64,000 nucleotides of DNA from Mytilus edulis. Taxonomy: Eukaryota. Where the stretch lies: positions 101,370,001-101,434,000 of the forward strand of contig NC_092344.1 of NCBI RefSeq assembly GCF_963676685.1. Direction: 5' to 3'. The notes under the pieces are model-generated. The model saw only the letters and a program-made list of their open reading frames with translations. It did not search any database and was not told the DNA's origin. Below, in pieces: positions 38,591 to 53,364 of the stretch (positions are counted from its first letter, which is position 1; each line of letters starts with the position of its first letter). Made by a program: the position numbers and the translations under genes.

Positions 38591-41302
38591 TTGTTGATGT
38601 GGTTCGTAGGTAATTCTCGTTTCTCGTATATGATATAGATTAAACCGTTGGTTTTCCCTTTAGATTTGTTTTACTCAAGTCATTCTCGGGGCCTTTTATT
38701 GCTTGTTGTTTGATGTGAGCCTAGGCTTCCTGTCGAAGAATGTACTTTGCAATTGACGTATAATATTTTTTCATTTTACAAATTGTGACTTGGATTGAGA
38801 GTTGTCTCATTGACACTCTTACCACATCTTCTTAAATCTATTGAAAGTTTAATTATCGTGTTAAATATGTCTGTGTTAATCTTTGTATACTTTCAACCCT
38901 TTATTTAATCGCTATTAAAATCTAAAATGGTGGAATAAAAAACAATCATCGAGTACAATTTAAAATAAAAACTTCCATTTATACAGGAAATCGCTAATAC
39001 CGTATAGTATTTCTGGAAAAATGTGACACGCAAAACGATCATTTTGTCATTTAGGAAGTTAAATATAACGATTGAAATTGTGCATGGAATGCGAAATTTA
39101 ATTGATTTAATGCAATACTAGTTCAGGTCGTGCCATCTTCTACATTAACCGTATTCAATGTAAATATCCGAAGAATTTCCATTTTAAAACTATGCAGCTC
39201 TAATGTATTTTTCTTTGAAGTGTTTAAGCTTCGAGATAGTCGATTTTTATTTCTTCAACTGCAAGATGTGGGCATGTCTTCGTATTAATAGAGATTAACG
39301 GAAAGTATCGGTACCGACTGTTTGCAACAACTTTGACACGTAAAATAAAGAAGATCGTCTCAAAATTAAATCAAAGTACTGAGGTACTGAGCATCGGATG
39401 ACCGCAAGTTCTTGTGGATGGCCCGACAAGCACTTGTCTCAGAAAAAAAATCACATCTCTATACCTGAAAGTGAGTTTAATGTACAGATATAACTTTTTT
39501 CTGTGACAAGTTCGTGCGTGGATGATAAATAAATGACAGGGAATTCAACCTCAACGTTATGACTATTATATTGTAGTGATACAAATCAGATTTTTTTGTT
39601 AAATAGTATATTAATACTTGTATATCACAGTTACATGTATATATAATTTTCATGCATTTGTTTATTAGTCTTTTCTACTATATTGATAATAGTGCAGTGC
39701 AAGTGCATGGTGGACACTGTTCTGTAATAATATCGTTTTTCTTATAGAATGGATTTTAGTAGGCATTCGTATTTTCCAGCAAAAATGTTTTATCATCCAT
39801 GTAGATTTATCATTTGATGAGTATTCATTGAAGAAATGAATTTATAACAAGCGATACGAAATGTTAGTTTGCACTTGATGATGTCTACGTATTAATCATG
39901 TGCATTGATCGATTAAAAACCCAAAACGAAAGTTACTAAATGTAAATCTAGGCGATAGCATTACACCGGAATGCCCTATCGGTCATCCGCTGTAAAATTA
40001 AAGTATTAAAAATTAGCATTATGAGGTAAAAGTTTAAAAATATGATTTTAATACAAAACTCAATTAGCGTGCCATTATAAAGGTGTTCTATTGTTTTGCT
40101 GACCTGTTAATTGCTTGATGGTGGGATGCCCATTTGGTTAAATCTTATCTCTTGGCCACATACACACACTCGTCCGGAAATGAAAAGACTCGCCTTCGTG
40201 TAACGATGTATGTCGTTTTTGGTTATCTAAGCATCCTCTTTCACTTGACAAATGGTCCTTCCTGGACAAGCACAATTGCGTATGGATTGCGTGGTAGTGA
40301 TGATGACCGAACAAAATACCTAGTTTTCTCCTCAATTTGTTCAGAGCCAGCCACTACACGAACATCTAAAAATACCTTTCAAATATTGGAATTCATGTAA
40401 TAATTTAAGCTTGAATTGTGGCAACACTTACATCGAAACATGATAATAACAATCAAAACCATGGTTAGACGGATAAGTTCAAACCACATTATATACAAAA
40501 TGACACGATTTTTATAGATATGATATGAAAAACGCATATTTCAAATAGGAAAAAAAATCGAAATCAAATATATCAACATTTGTATTCAAAAATTTGATAT
40601 CCAAAATATTTAACAGGAAAAACGATTTGAGCGTGAAGCTGTCACATATATAAAGTTATATATAAAATACCAATTTACAGGGCATGGGCTCGATAATAAG
40701 TAGGCTCGTTTCGTTTGTATTTTAGTTTAGACGCCATCTATTTAACTATCGAGTTGACCTCCGAAAGGTAAACGATAAAAACATAAAAATAGATATAAAA
40801 AGATTGCGAAATCGTGCAATTGCATTTTTCTAGGTTCGTTTAATTTCATATTATAGATTTAAATATATGTAAATCATCGTGTTTACCTGTATAAGGATCG
40901 AATCAGTCAATACAATGATTTACCTTTGTTTTACTTTCAGTGTCGACATTCTATAATTGAGTTCAGGAGTGAAACTATATCAATACTAAATTAATGAAAA
41001 AAGACGTGTATCGTTTACAATGGTTCTATATTTGGACGCTAATGAACCTTTGGTTCAATTTTGTGGTGTGTATATATCACTTCTTGTTCGCAATGTTCGT
41101 TTTTTGAAGTCGAATTTTGGTTTCATTGAACGTAATTTATGCATATCTGGTAAACTATTAAACCAGGGATTTCGTCAACCGAAATTATTTAAAACCTTTA
41201 TCAAATTATGTCATAAATATAAATATTTATGGTTAAAAAGTTTGTCTGTGCTTGTAGAATTCTTATAAAAAAAAGGTTACCACATCTTAATGTGAACGGT
41301 AA

Positions 41303-42034
41303 TCTATAATACTAAAATTACGACGTCCAATTTATCAGCCGGCATCACGTTAAAACGATGAATCAAATAATTCAACTTTATTTATAACTAATAAAGTACA
41401 ATGGTGTAGATTAAAAATTACACCACTCCAGACCCTTTTGTTTTCCAGATAATTAATATTGCCAATAATTAACAAGTTCCGGGTCGAATCCGATACCGAT
41501 ACCAATTTAGTATATTCACCTGTTACTTTAACCTTAATATGTACGTTCCGCATCTGACAGGCGCACCACCAAATGGTGTATTTGATTTTGCTTTAAACAC
41601 GGGTCATAATCACAGGGTCGACACAACTAAATTCAATCATTGTCAAATTGTTCCCTATTGTAGTTTTTTTAATTAGTAAGACTTTCTAAGATAACAATAC
41701 GAATACTAAAAATGTGGACTTAACTTGAAATAAGGCGTATAGGTACAGTTTTCAATTTGTTAGCGGGCATGACGTACAACAGCGAATCAAAGAATTGAAC
41801 TTTATTGGACAATGCTGTTGATTAAAAATACTCAATTCAAGGACCTGAATATTACCAATAATTGAAGAGTTCTAGGTCGACGGGTTCAAACAGAAAGATT
41901 TGAAAGCAGAGAAACTGTATCTTATAATCGGCACGACTTTTATCAGATGATAATACCAATACTAAAATAAGGCTTACGCATAGTTATATACTTTAATTCA
42001 GTCACGGACCCGCGATATCACGGGTGTGTTCTAG
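41303..42034 (+). mobile_element. Non-autonomous Helitron inserted into a PLE RT remnant (~40960-42075)
   Basis: Starts A|TCTATAATACT and ends with hairpin cccgcgatatcacggg plus tgtgttCTAG|T, nearly the same 3' end as the element at 19713. Confidence 0.85.
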
Positions 42035-42075
42035 TATTGTTTATAAAACCCATCAATGTAGATGTGTAAACTCAC

Positions 42076-42933
42076 AGAATAACTTACCTGTTTTTTGCAC
42101 AACTTTAAGGAATTTTTGGTGCTCAATGCTATTCAACTTCGTACTTTATTTGGCCTTTAAAACATTTTTTTGATTCGAGCGTCGCTAATGAGTCTTTTGT
42201 AGACGAAATGCGCGTCTGGCATATGTATAAAATTTTAATCCTGGTATCTATGATGAGTTTATTTACAACCAAAGGGTTGGTGCAACTGCTTGTGGAGATT
42301 TATTTCCCCGAAGGTATCACCAGCCCAGTAGTCAGCACTTCTCTGTTGACTTGAGTTATCATTGATATGTTCATAATAATAAATTAACTGTTAACAAAAC
42401 TTTGAAATTTGAAATACTAAGGCTTTTCTACTTTAGGAATAGATTACCTTAGCTGTTTTTGGCACAACTTTTAGGAACTTTTTGTGCTCAATGCTCTTCA
42501 ACTTCGTTATTTATTTGGCCTTTTAAACATTTTTGTATAAAATTTTAATCCTGGTATCTATGATGAGTTTATTTACAACCAAAGGGTCGGTGCAACTGCT
42601 TGTGGAGATTTATTTCCCCGAGGGTATCACCAGCCCAGTAGTCAGCACTTCTCTGTTGACTTGAGTTATCATTGATATGTTCATAATAATAAATAAACTG
42701 TTAACAAAACTTTGAAATTTGAAATACTAAGGCTTTTCTACCTTAGGAATAGATTATCTTAGCTGTTTTAGCACAACTTTTATGAATTTTTGGTGCTCAA
42801 TGCTCTTCAACTTCGTACTTTATTTGGCCTTTTAAACTTTTTTTGATTCGAGCGTCACTGATGAGTCTTTTGTAGACGAAATGCGCGTCTGGCGAATGTA
42901 TACAATTTTAATCCTGGTATCTATGATGAGTTT
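42076..42933 (+). repeat. Tandem retrozyme-like array, ~363-bp unit, about 2.5 copies
   Basis: ctggtatctatgatgag recurs at 42241, 42551 and 42914. Hammerheads are at 42180-42221 (core mutated to CTAATGA) and 42853-42894; the middle one is deleted. Confidence 0.85.
42853..42894 (+). ncRNA. Minimal type I hammerhead ribozyme
   Basis: cgtca-CTGATGA-GTCT tttgt AGAC-GAAA-TGCGCG-TC-tggcg; stem III has a U-G wobble. Confidence 0.8.
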
Positions 42934-44059
42934 ACTTATTGTTTCATTGAATTAACTTATTCTTAAAGGATTTCAATTTAAAACAGCAGTAAAATATTTT
43001 AATACGATTTTAATCGGCACTGACATTGATTTTGTTTTTGAAAAAAAATTAAACATATACTATAAAAAATATATTGCTTTATATGTAAAGATATGCGAAC
43101 ATGGGACTATTATACTTTCTTTTAATCAATATACTGTATCCCAGTGCAAACAAGATACTTTATCCTATCGGTACTGTTTACTTGTATTTTTGCATTGCAC
43201 AAGGTCATGCGTTTCTTAGACTGTTTATGACGTCTTTACACGTGAACCGCTGGATGGGTACTGAATTCATTCTTGATTAAATTCATTAGTAGATCGGAAA
43301 GTAAATAAATTAATAAAATAAATTATCCGTACTTGCCTTTTGACAGATTATTGATTATCGTTTTGATGTGATTATTATTAAATGAAATATCAACAGACTG
43401 GAAACATGTCAATGTCTTCTGCATTCAAAAAACTGGAGACAAACACAATGCCATAAATTAAAGCCCAACAGCTTATATGCATATTTTCAAAATAATGGAG
43501 CATATATTAACTAGTAAAATAATGTAACACCTTGAAAAACAACAATATAATTATACTATCTATAATATGGCTTTCGATCAAAACGCTCATTTGAAGCTCA
43601 ATCAATAATACATTTTATACAGAACCAGACAAAAGACATCAAGAACAACATACAATCTGATGTCATTGTGATGGGCTTTGCCAAAGACAAAGTGTTCTAC
43701 ACATTCCCTCGCGAAGGGTTACTGTATAAAATACAAAAACGGCATGGATAATACATTGGGTTGATTGATGATTTTCTACATAAACGTAAATAAAGGCAAC
43801 AGTAGTATACCGCTGTTCAAAACTCATAAATCCAGGGACAAAAAACAAAATCGGGGTAACAAACTAAAACCGAGGGAAACGCATTAAATATAAGAGGAGA
43901 ACAACGACATAACACCGAAACGTAACACACACAGAAACGGACCAAGCATCAGACAAAACACCACGAGAATAACAAATATAACAAGAAAACCAAATACATG
44001 AATTTGGGATAGACAAGTACCGTGCCACGTCTGATCTAAAAGAGTCATGCTAGATGAAG

Positions 44060-44900
44060 ATTAATCAGAGAAAATCGAAGTAACATCTGGTGTGCCACAG
44101 AGCACTGTCCTTGGCCAAATTGTACTCCTTATTTATATCAACGATTTCCCAGAATAATAACAACATGGCACGGTAAGGTTAATTCTTTTTTACCTTGTCA
44201 AAATCATCAATAGAAACACCAAAACAAAAATGATGCATCAATACTACAACCGGAATTATATTCAACGGCAAATAGAAAAAAAGGTTGGTTGGTGTGGTAC
44301 CATTAAGACAAATGCTCTATACTCAGAATCACTCAAAAAAGTAACCATTCAACGAGACTACATCGTTAATGGTCACACTGCAAACTAATATCTACTAAAT
44401 ATTTAGGCATGACCATGACCATGCCAGTCAGATCTTTAATGAAACAAACTCGGTGACCGATAGCTGTTGTCTCATTAGCAATCAAACCACATCTTATTTT
44501 CGCATGTAGATAATATAAAAGCAAATGCATATCGACCGATACATTTTCTAAAACGTTACCTAAAAGTATCTTTCAAACAAAAAAATCAAAGGGTATGCAA
44601 ATCATAGTTCGACTCAAGCTTAAACGCAGCCGTTGTTTATGGAGCCCTCACAACAAAAATCAAAACAATCCAATTTAGGCGGTTTAACGAAGAGCTGTCC
44701 GCTATACATATAACATATACCACAATACCAGCTTTGTCTCAAATATGAATATCTACTGTGGCCCACACCACGAACGGATAAAAACTAGACTAGAGGTATT
44801 CTATAAAATTATACTTCCTCGTTTAGCCATCTACACTAAGATTTTCTTATTTCACCATACAGCAGACCAAGATATAAACATTCTGCATTCTCATTTTATC
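44060..44900 (+). mobile_element. Decayed non-LTR (CR1/L2-group) RT fragment
   Basis: VTSGVPQSTVLGQIVLLIYINDFP, followed by KYLG, WSPH and RRAVRY remnants. Confidence 0.7.
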
Positions 44901-47430
44901 TGCAATCAAAAGAACACCTCCTACCAACATTAAAATAACAAATATCTATACCTTTTCGTTCACATAAATATTCTAAGCACTGCATTACATGTACATAGTT
45001 TTACCCAAAAACAAATACATACCAAGGTAATAATCCACACACAAATAACACAAACAATAAATAAATCGGTACAATATATTTTATTTTTCTGTTCGTAACG
45101 TAATATTGCTGAAAAATGACCGAGGAGGAAGATAGATAGATATATCATGGATAGATATCCAAATAATGATCGCTCAACTATATATGTTTTGGGAAGCGAC
45201 TAACTGTACGCGATGTACCATGTGCTATTGCGCATTATCTGTTAAAATTAGCTGATTATTTTTCTGAACGTTTTCCATGTGATATTTCTATATACAAAAA
45301 AAAAATACTTCCAGTAATAGATACTAACAAAAGTTGACGTTAATATCAAAGGAATATTCATTAAATCATTAAGGTTTCAATTGAAACTCGAGTCTTAAAA
45401 ATAAAACCAAAGTATACTCTGAAATATACCATTCCAAGCTGAATTGAAATATATCCTTTAATAATGTTATATAATGTCCCACATGTTTTGTTTTATTATT
45501 TCCCTTAGGTTTTAATAGTAAGGATTTTTTCAAGGCTGTACAAATAAATGTAAACTGTAAAGAATGCGAAGAAAATTAGTTCGTTTCAAATTACTAGAAT
45601 TTAAAAAACTTGCATCTCATAAATACGTAATTAATGTTTCGACAATAATTATGCTATTGCGACGTTCATTTATGTATACGGTTTTATATTCGTTTGCTTA
45701 GTCTATGCTTATATTTTGTATTAGTAATACAATAAATTTTTAAAAAATGAAATAAAAAAGGACGTCAATAAATACTGCATAATATATAAAATTAATTTTC
45801 CGAAAAGGTGTATTGTCAAGAATGTAAGTTAATTTATTTTGAATTCATTTATTTTTATAGCTGTTTATTCTTACAGCATTTAAATCTTGGCAAATTGGTG
45901 CAATTTTCAAAAATAAACAAGACCAATACGTTATTTCTGCTATGACAAACTTACTGCTTTTAATTAACATATTTTATATTTTATTATGTCTGTTTAGTTC
46001 ACGTATCATTGTAAATATAACGGAATTTGATGAGACTGTCATCAAAGTGAGAGGTTTAGCGCTTTAAAACCAGGTTTAATCCACCATTTTCTACATTTGA
46101 AAATGCCTGTACCAAGTCAGGAATATGACAGTTCTTTTCCATTCGTTTTTGATGTGTTATGTCATTTGATTTTGACATGTGTTTATGGACTTTCCGATTG
46201 GATTTTCCTCTGAGTTCAGTATTTTTGTGATTTTACTTTTTATAAATTGATTTGCTTTGAAACTAGTATCAATAGAGGTTTTTATTCCTCAAAAATGAGA
46301 AACTGCATACTCTATCACGATAAGGCGTTAAAGAGTGGTCTATTAATGACTAACTATTCATGGCAGAGGTGGAATAGTGAAATTGAAAATCTAATTATTA
46401 TTTGAAGTTTATCTCTGTGTGAAGCAAATTATTATGTGTTCTTTGTTCTTGAGCGCGAAAATAACATACAAGACAATACCTCTCATATACTAACAGCTAT
46501 TATGAATACTAGATTATGCTCTCGAAAGAACAAATTTCTTCAATACATTCAGGTTAAAGAAACACTGAATTAAATATTAGAACTTTTTATATTAATCACG
46601 AGGAAAATGAAAAACCCCAAGTAATAAATGAATAAAATAGTGAAGGCATAACAGGTAAATTATTATTGTACGTAACTACAGTATCATTTTTGTAATAAAA
46701 GTGGTTCTTCATCATCATTACTTACTTGCAGTCAAATATTTCAAATCAAAAGGAAACATTTTTTCTTGATCAGTCATGGACCTTGGATTCACGTTTGGGC
46801 TTTTCTTTTTTTTTAAGAAAGCAACTGTTTTTTTGCAGAGGGTGAAATTATGTTTGTCATGCAAGTTCACCTTTTACGACCCAGTTGTATGTACTAAGTA
46901 AGTGATAGCAGTATATTTGCTTGGGGAAACTTAAAGGATTTTATAGATGAGAATGAACATATCATATTGATCCAATGCGTAACACAATTGCATGCATTCG
47001 AACCTGAAGCAAAGGAACAGCTCTTTAACATGTCTGCTTTTCGGGGTAGAGTGATACCTACAGGCTATAAAAAATGAATGATAGAAGAGTAAAATGGAAA
47101 GAATTCAATGCAACTATCAATTACCATCAGTGCATTTTTTTTATAAATCGAGGAATATGGCGTTTGGTTTTGTTGCACTTCGGTGTTCCTGTTGTTCCTT
47201 TGTTTCCCTCTTATAGTTGATGTGTTTCCCTCAGTTTTGGTTTGTAACCCAGATCTGTTTTCCCTTAATCAATTTATGACTTTTGAACACCATCCAAATT
47301 CATTCAACTGTTGAAACTCCATTTATTGAATGTGAATATCGTGTCAGATGAAGTACTAGTAATCAATAAGTGTTTATAACTTACAAATATGTTTTAACTT
47401 ATTTAATAAAGAGATCTAATTGTATTACAG

Positions 47431-47518
47431 GAAATTTGTAAAGATAATGGTGGTTATTTAGCAACATTAGAAACAGCGGAAGAAAATCAGCTAGTAAAAG
47501 ATTATGTAGGGACTTTAG
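47431..47518 (+). CDS. Exon 3: CTLD segment EICKDNGGYLATLETAEENQLVKDYVGTL
   Basis: Phase-0 acceptor attacag| and phase-1 donor G|GTAATT. Classic CTLD CxxxGGxLAxxExxEEN motif. Too short for the ORF track. Confidence 0.9.
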
Positions 47519-49678
47519 GTAATTTAATTTAATTTATTATCACATTTCGTTTAAGTACTTAAAAGCTAATCAATATCAGCTAGAGGATGACTCAATTTCG
47601 ATAGGATTATTTGTATCGTTAACCTACTGGGTTCCTAGTTATAATCTCAATGTAGCCTGGAATCCTGGTTGATTGCTCGACAGTTTAATGGTTTGACCAG
47701 GATGCCAGATTTATCCCCATGTTCAAGATGCGACTTAATAATTTGCATGTAAAACAGTTTATGAACTATAAAAGAAAACGATGAGAGTGAAGAAAAGAAA
47801 CAAAATATAAGTATTAGCTGATTTTGTTAGGAAACGAAGACTCCAAAGTCTAGAAAAAATAAGAGTTACTCAATAGTTTTTCTTTACTGGACAGCTTCAT
47901 CGGATGTCAAATTTTTCACTGTGAAGGAAATGAAAAGATTTTTTTTTTTATTAATTATAATTGTGTAAAAGAATTTTTGCTTACTTGTTTGGAGTTTTGC
48001 ATCTTATAAATTTATAGGATCAGAATATTTTCGTAATAAAGCAAATTTTTTGTTGAACAGCCTGTCCAAAAAATTCCAAAGTATCATGTCATTTTTTTTG
48101 CAAAGACTACTGTACTATACAATAATGCGTTGCAGACAATGCGTAAAATATAAAAAAAAAAAAAAAAGTATATGTATTATTGCGGAAACTCAAATGGGCC
48201 GTAACTCTTATTGTACCTCAACTCCAATTTTTCATCAGATTTAACGTACAGTAATAATGTCAATCTAAAATCCTCTTTCTCTAAATGGACTGGCTAAAAA
48301 TATAATGATACATTCAGTCATTAGACCAAAAAAAGTGCAGTTAACTATTTTTTAAGCACTCTCCTTAGCACATGGTACAATTAACTTCCGTATTAGTTTG
48401 ATTACAATAATAATTGAGAACATGGCGGAAAATTGTTTATAAAGCTTGTGAACAACTATTCTATCAAGATATCCAGCTTCCATAGGTAAAATAACAGAAA
48501 TACCGAAATCCAAGGAAATTCCAAACGGAAAGGCCATAATTAATGGGAAAACCTAAAGTTCAAACACATCAAACAAATGGATAACAATTGTCATATTCTT
48601 GATTTGTACAGGCATTTTCTAATGTACAAAAATAGGGTTACACCCGTTAATGTTTAATCTTAATTAATATAATAATAAATAAATAAGTCAACAAAGAAAA
48701 GCTGAAAGGCATATAGACAAACCACATTAGCGAAAACGGAATACAATAATTTAGCACAACGACGACGGGATGTATAAGTACCGAGCCACGTCGAGTGGAT
48801 ATTATTGTTTGAAAGGTAAATGAAAAATTCGATTAGGAATAATACAAAATATTTCGAAGTGTGGTTGAAAATATGAAAATAGAAATATTAGCTTAATTAT
48901 GAGAATTAATATATTTAATATGTATACACTTATAAATCAATTGATATATTTCCAGTGAGTGTCCGTAAAAGCGTTTCCACTTTAATATTCCAACGAGGTC
49001 CTTTTAATTTATATCACATGTTGACAACGAGTAAAATGGCACAAATTTAGTTTATGTAAATTAGAAGATGTGGTATGAGTGCCAATGAGAAAACTCTTAA
49101 TCAAAGTCACAATTTATAACAAATTACAAATTTTAGGTCAATGGCAAGACTCATAGAATGAGTATAAGTCAGACTAGATACCGACGGACATATCGTTTAC
49201 ATAGTAACAAATAACAAGGGTCCAATAATACTTCTTTGGTGAATTTCATTTGTGACATTAATGAGTTTAGATTCGACCTACTAATATTAACAAGCTATTT
49301 CTTTTTAGATAGGTATGACTCGAACTGTTTTAGATTATTAATCCCGATAGATCTTTATTAACTATAGTTGTAGTATGTGGTGGGCGACATTGGCAAAGGC
49401 TTACATTTCATTTTAATTTGTATCCTCGTAAAAGCAATAGCCATAGTCGAAAAATTAAGACAACGGCTGCATTTTAAAAATACTTAAATTTAAAGAGGAA
49501 AATTAAATTGCCAGCAAATGTGTATCAATATATGAATATTTTTTTACTCTGTGAAAAAAAAAAAAAGATCTATGAACTATGTTTTTCTGTATGTCCAACT
49601 CTCGTAAATAATACAGATTTTTGACCATGAATGTATATTTTTATATTTTTTTAACGGACAGAAAATTTGTTCTTTTAG

Positions 49679-49926
49679 GCAAAAAAGATTATTTTATCGG
49701 AGGATCTGATCTACAAACTGAGGGTACGTTTCTTTGGGAACACAGTGGTGTAATAGTAAATTTACACGGCAGTGGATTGTTTTATGACTGGATGTCGTTA
49801 AATCAGCCTGATAATGGCAATGGTAACCAGCATTGTATGATACTTGCTGGACGATACGGTCATATGTGGAATGACGTGCAATGTACCGTTGCAAGAGCTT
49901 TCATTTGTGAGAAAGATGCAGCATAA
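49679..49926 (+). CDS. Exon 4: CTLD C-terminal half with QPD and WND motifs
   Basis: Phase-1 acceptor ttttag|GC, then FIGGSDLQTEGTFLW...NQPDN...HC...WNDVQC...FICEK and stop. Spliced CDS is 304+629+88+248=1269 nt (422 aa). Confidence 0.93.
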
Positions 49927-52900
49927 CAAATTGAATAACTGCTATCATGTATTGCCTAAAGTATTACCACTTGTTCTGGTTATAATTTTGTCTTGTGTAT
50001 GCCCCCGTCGCGGCGGATGGGGAATTAAGTTTCATCCTTGTCCGTGTGTATGTACGTCCAAAATTTGTTTTTGTTTTTAACTTTAGTTTGACTCAACCAA
50101 ATTATATGAAACTTATACACAATGCTTAATCCACAAAGCACAGAACAAGTTAGAATTTTGGTTGCCTTTCTTTTGATGTTCTTGCGTTATGTCCCTTTAT
50201 ATCTTAAATTGCAAGCGAGTGCAACATCTGTGTCTGAGAGACATTCTCCATTTATGTTTTTTGTTTTCTTTCCGCAGATAAAATTTAAAGCTTGTGTTAT
50301 CAATGTACTTTAATAGTTAGTTGTCTTTGTTAAACAATTTACTACGCCGCATTTTTGCGCCTGTCCAAAGTCAGGAGCCGCGGGCCTTTGTTAGTCTTGT
50401 ATGATTTTTAATTTTAGTATCTTTTATATAATTCGGATTTAGTATGACGTCCGTTATCACTGAACTAGTATACATTTTTGTTTAGGGGACAAGCTGAAGC
50501 ACGCCTCCGGGTGCGGGATTTTATCGCTGCATTGAAGACCCATTGGTGGCCTTCGGCTGTTATCTGCTCTTTGGTCGGGTTGTTGTCTCTTTGACACATT
50601 ACCCATTTCCATTCTCAATTTTATGTCTCTTCACATTCACTGGTTATTAAACTATGGAATTTATCACATGGAAATCCGGTCACTGCGTTAATTAAGTGAA
50701 GAATTAATAAAGAAAAAATAATATTGGCTGACAATTTTGAGGCACTCCATTGTGCATATTTTTTGGAGTATGGCGCAAATACGAAATGTGTTTTGGTCTA
50801 CGTTTTTACTCCCCAAGAACCTTTGTAAAAGAAACATTCAGTTCTTATATAAATTTATCCTGGACAAGAAACTGAACATAATTTTGTTAACTTTGTTAAT
50901 TTTTTAATTTGTTAATGCAAACTAAAACTTCCTTATAACAACCTGTTCCTGTTTTTATAATCAAATAAACATTCTAAAAAGTAATTAATCCATATTATTT
51001 GAATGATGTATTATTGTTCGTTCATATGCGCTTTTGTAATTTCAATTTTATCACTTTGTATTGTTTACAATTGTGTGTTATACTGCATTTTTATTGATCT
51101 GCATTAGTTGGGTTTATTATTACAAATGTTTATTAAATATAAAGTTATATTAGTTATTCGTATCATTTTTGCATCTATCTATCTATCCTAATGTGATGAA
51201 TGTAGCATTACCTGTTTACTAACGTATATTGCATACAGCCATATAAGGTTTCAGAGTTCTTTTCCGCATGAAAAGAGTTTTATTTGATTTTGAAAAATAT
51301 GGTTTATGATGTGATAAATTGATTTTGAATGTTCGGTAGATACATAATTTAGGGAGTAATGATGTCTTATATTGTTATATTTTGTATACACTTGACCTGT
51401 CAATATGTAATTTGAAAATCAACAGGAAATTACCTCTTCTTCATCCTCTATGACCACATTTCCAAGTAAGATTGCAATCTAATTTAATATATCTTAAATC
51501 AATTTTCAGTTCATTTTTTTTTTAGTAACTTTGACCTTGACCTTAGACATAGAAGCAAGAGCGTCCTATCGTTGCATGTGACCATATCCAAGCTGATTTG
51601 CAATCCCATAAAATTATGTAGTATTTTATTAAACATCCGGTAAGCACTTTTCTATACAATTTTTATTCCGTTTCCAGAAGTACGACCTTGACATTTGACC
51701 TCAACAGTTTATACGGATCCTCCTCTCACTAGATGCAATCATATATCAAAGTACCGTTACAAGCTGACAAAAATTAATTGTGTTAGCTTCGGGAAACAAA
51801 AATGACTGTCGGACTTAATTGTCAAAAATATATACCCCGGTAGTTTGTATCGAGTATTTATAGAATAATTAATCGAAGAATTCAAATAGAGAAAAATATT
51901 CACCGAGTGAACAACACAATAATTCACGAATGCACGGTCACGGTTCCTTAATACTACACGCAAGTCGTTAAAAAAGAGTGATAGAACAAAACATCCCTGT
52001 AGTAAGTTAATTAGTTACTTATTAACTAATTCTCTTTGGAAGTCCCTTTTTACTAATTTACTTCATGAAATCATATTCATATTGATTTAACCGACAATTT
52101 TAGTGCATACAAATGAAAATTAATGATTGATTATTCTGTAAATGAAATGCCACAACTAAGTCATTACATTCACTTCCGGACAACTACGATAGACTGCACG
52201 CTCTATGTACGAGTATCAATTTTGATAACGTAATTTTATTTTTCTTTAATGTTGTGATCAATGTTATTACATAATAGTTCCTGAAAGCGTCTGCTCATAT
52301 GAAATAATTGACATTAAACCCCACGTTAGTTTCTACGTTTGATGCACAGCCAACAACATTGGAAAGTCAACTACATTTTTATACTTTGAAACCTGAAAGA
52401 CACTGAACCGTCCCACACAATCTTTTCGAAGCCCAATGGAGTGATAGCAATAGTATTGACAAAATTTTAAAATCATCAACTAAAGATTTATTTTAAAAAT
52501 ATACGTAATGAATTTTGCGCATTGTCTAAAACCAAAATTGCACGAGGAAGTTGATACCTAAATATTTACATAATCTAAGGCAGCATTGAATTTTCTCCGT
52601 TTGATGCATATATTTACATATGATCACATCACAGGTATGTTTCGTTATAATACGTTATTTGATTGGCCAACAGAAATTCCGCTATGTGTTTTTATTAGCA
52701 AAACAATTTAATTATTATATATTAGTATCTAATGCTTCCTTTAATAATTGTATATGGTTACAAAGGCGATTTCAACGAGCGTTACCTATGTATTACTACA
52801 CGTAATCAAATCAAGGAAATCGTGATCACAAATTACTGAAAATCTTTACTAAATTATTCCATATGTACAAAGAGATAATTTGGAAGTTTGGCTGTACATG

Positions 52901-53364
52901 TAAAAGACTTATTCTGAACGTTATAGCACACCATACCTTTTGCAGTTTAAATAAACTTTAGTCTTAAAGGTTACAAAAACTGTAACTATATCTAAGAATA
53001 TTGTTTCATTTGAAAAATACAAGTAAATTAAAACCATACTAAATATTATTGTTACTTGCATACACATTAAAATTCATGGTACTACAAGCTGGATATATCA
53101 GGAGACGCCAATGATTGACTGAAATATAGAGATATATTCACCTTCCATATCCTGCAGTTAAACGAGGAGCATACGTTTGGTTATGGCAGATATAGTCATG
53201 TCCTATAAGAACGAGACGAGGCCTCGTTTCGGGGTAAGAGTTAAACTTTATGCATGTTGAAAACCTTGAAACAACTCTTCAAAGGGGTTGATAACGGTAT
53301 GTAGGTGTCCTGTAGCCATGCTTAATTTCTGCCTTTATCAAACCCTCACAATCAAGTCTCAGTT

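Noticed and set aside
40134-40400. GC-richer patch with short ORFs on both strands
   Set aside because: No recognisable motif or convincing splice context; probably a decayed TE.
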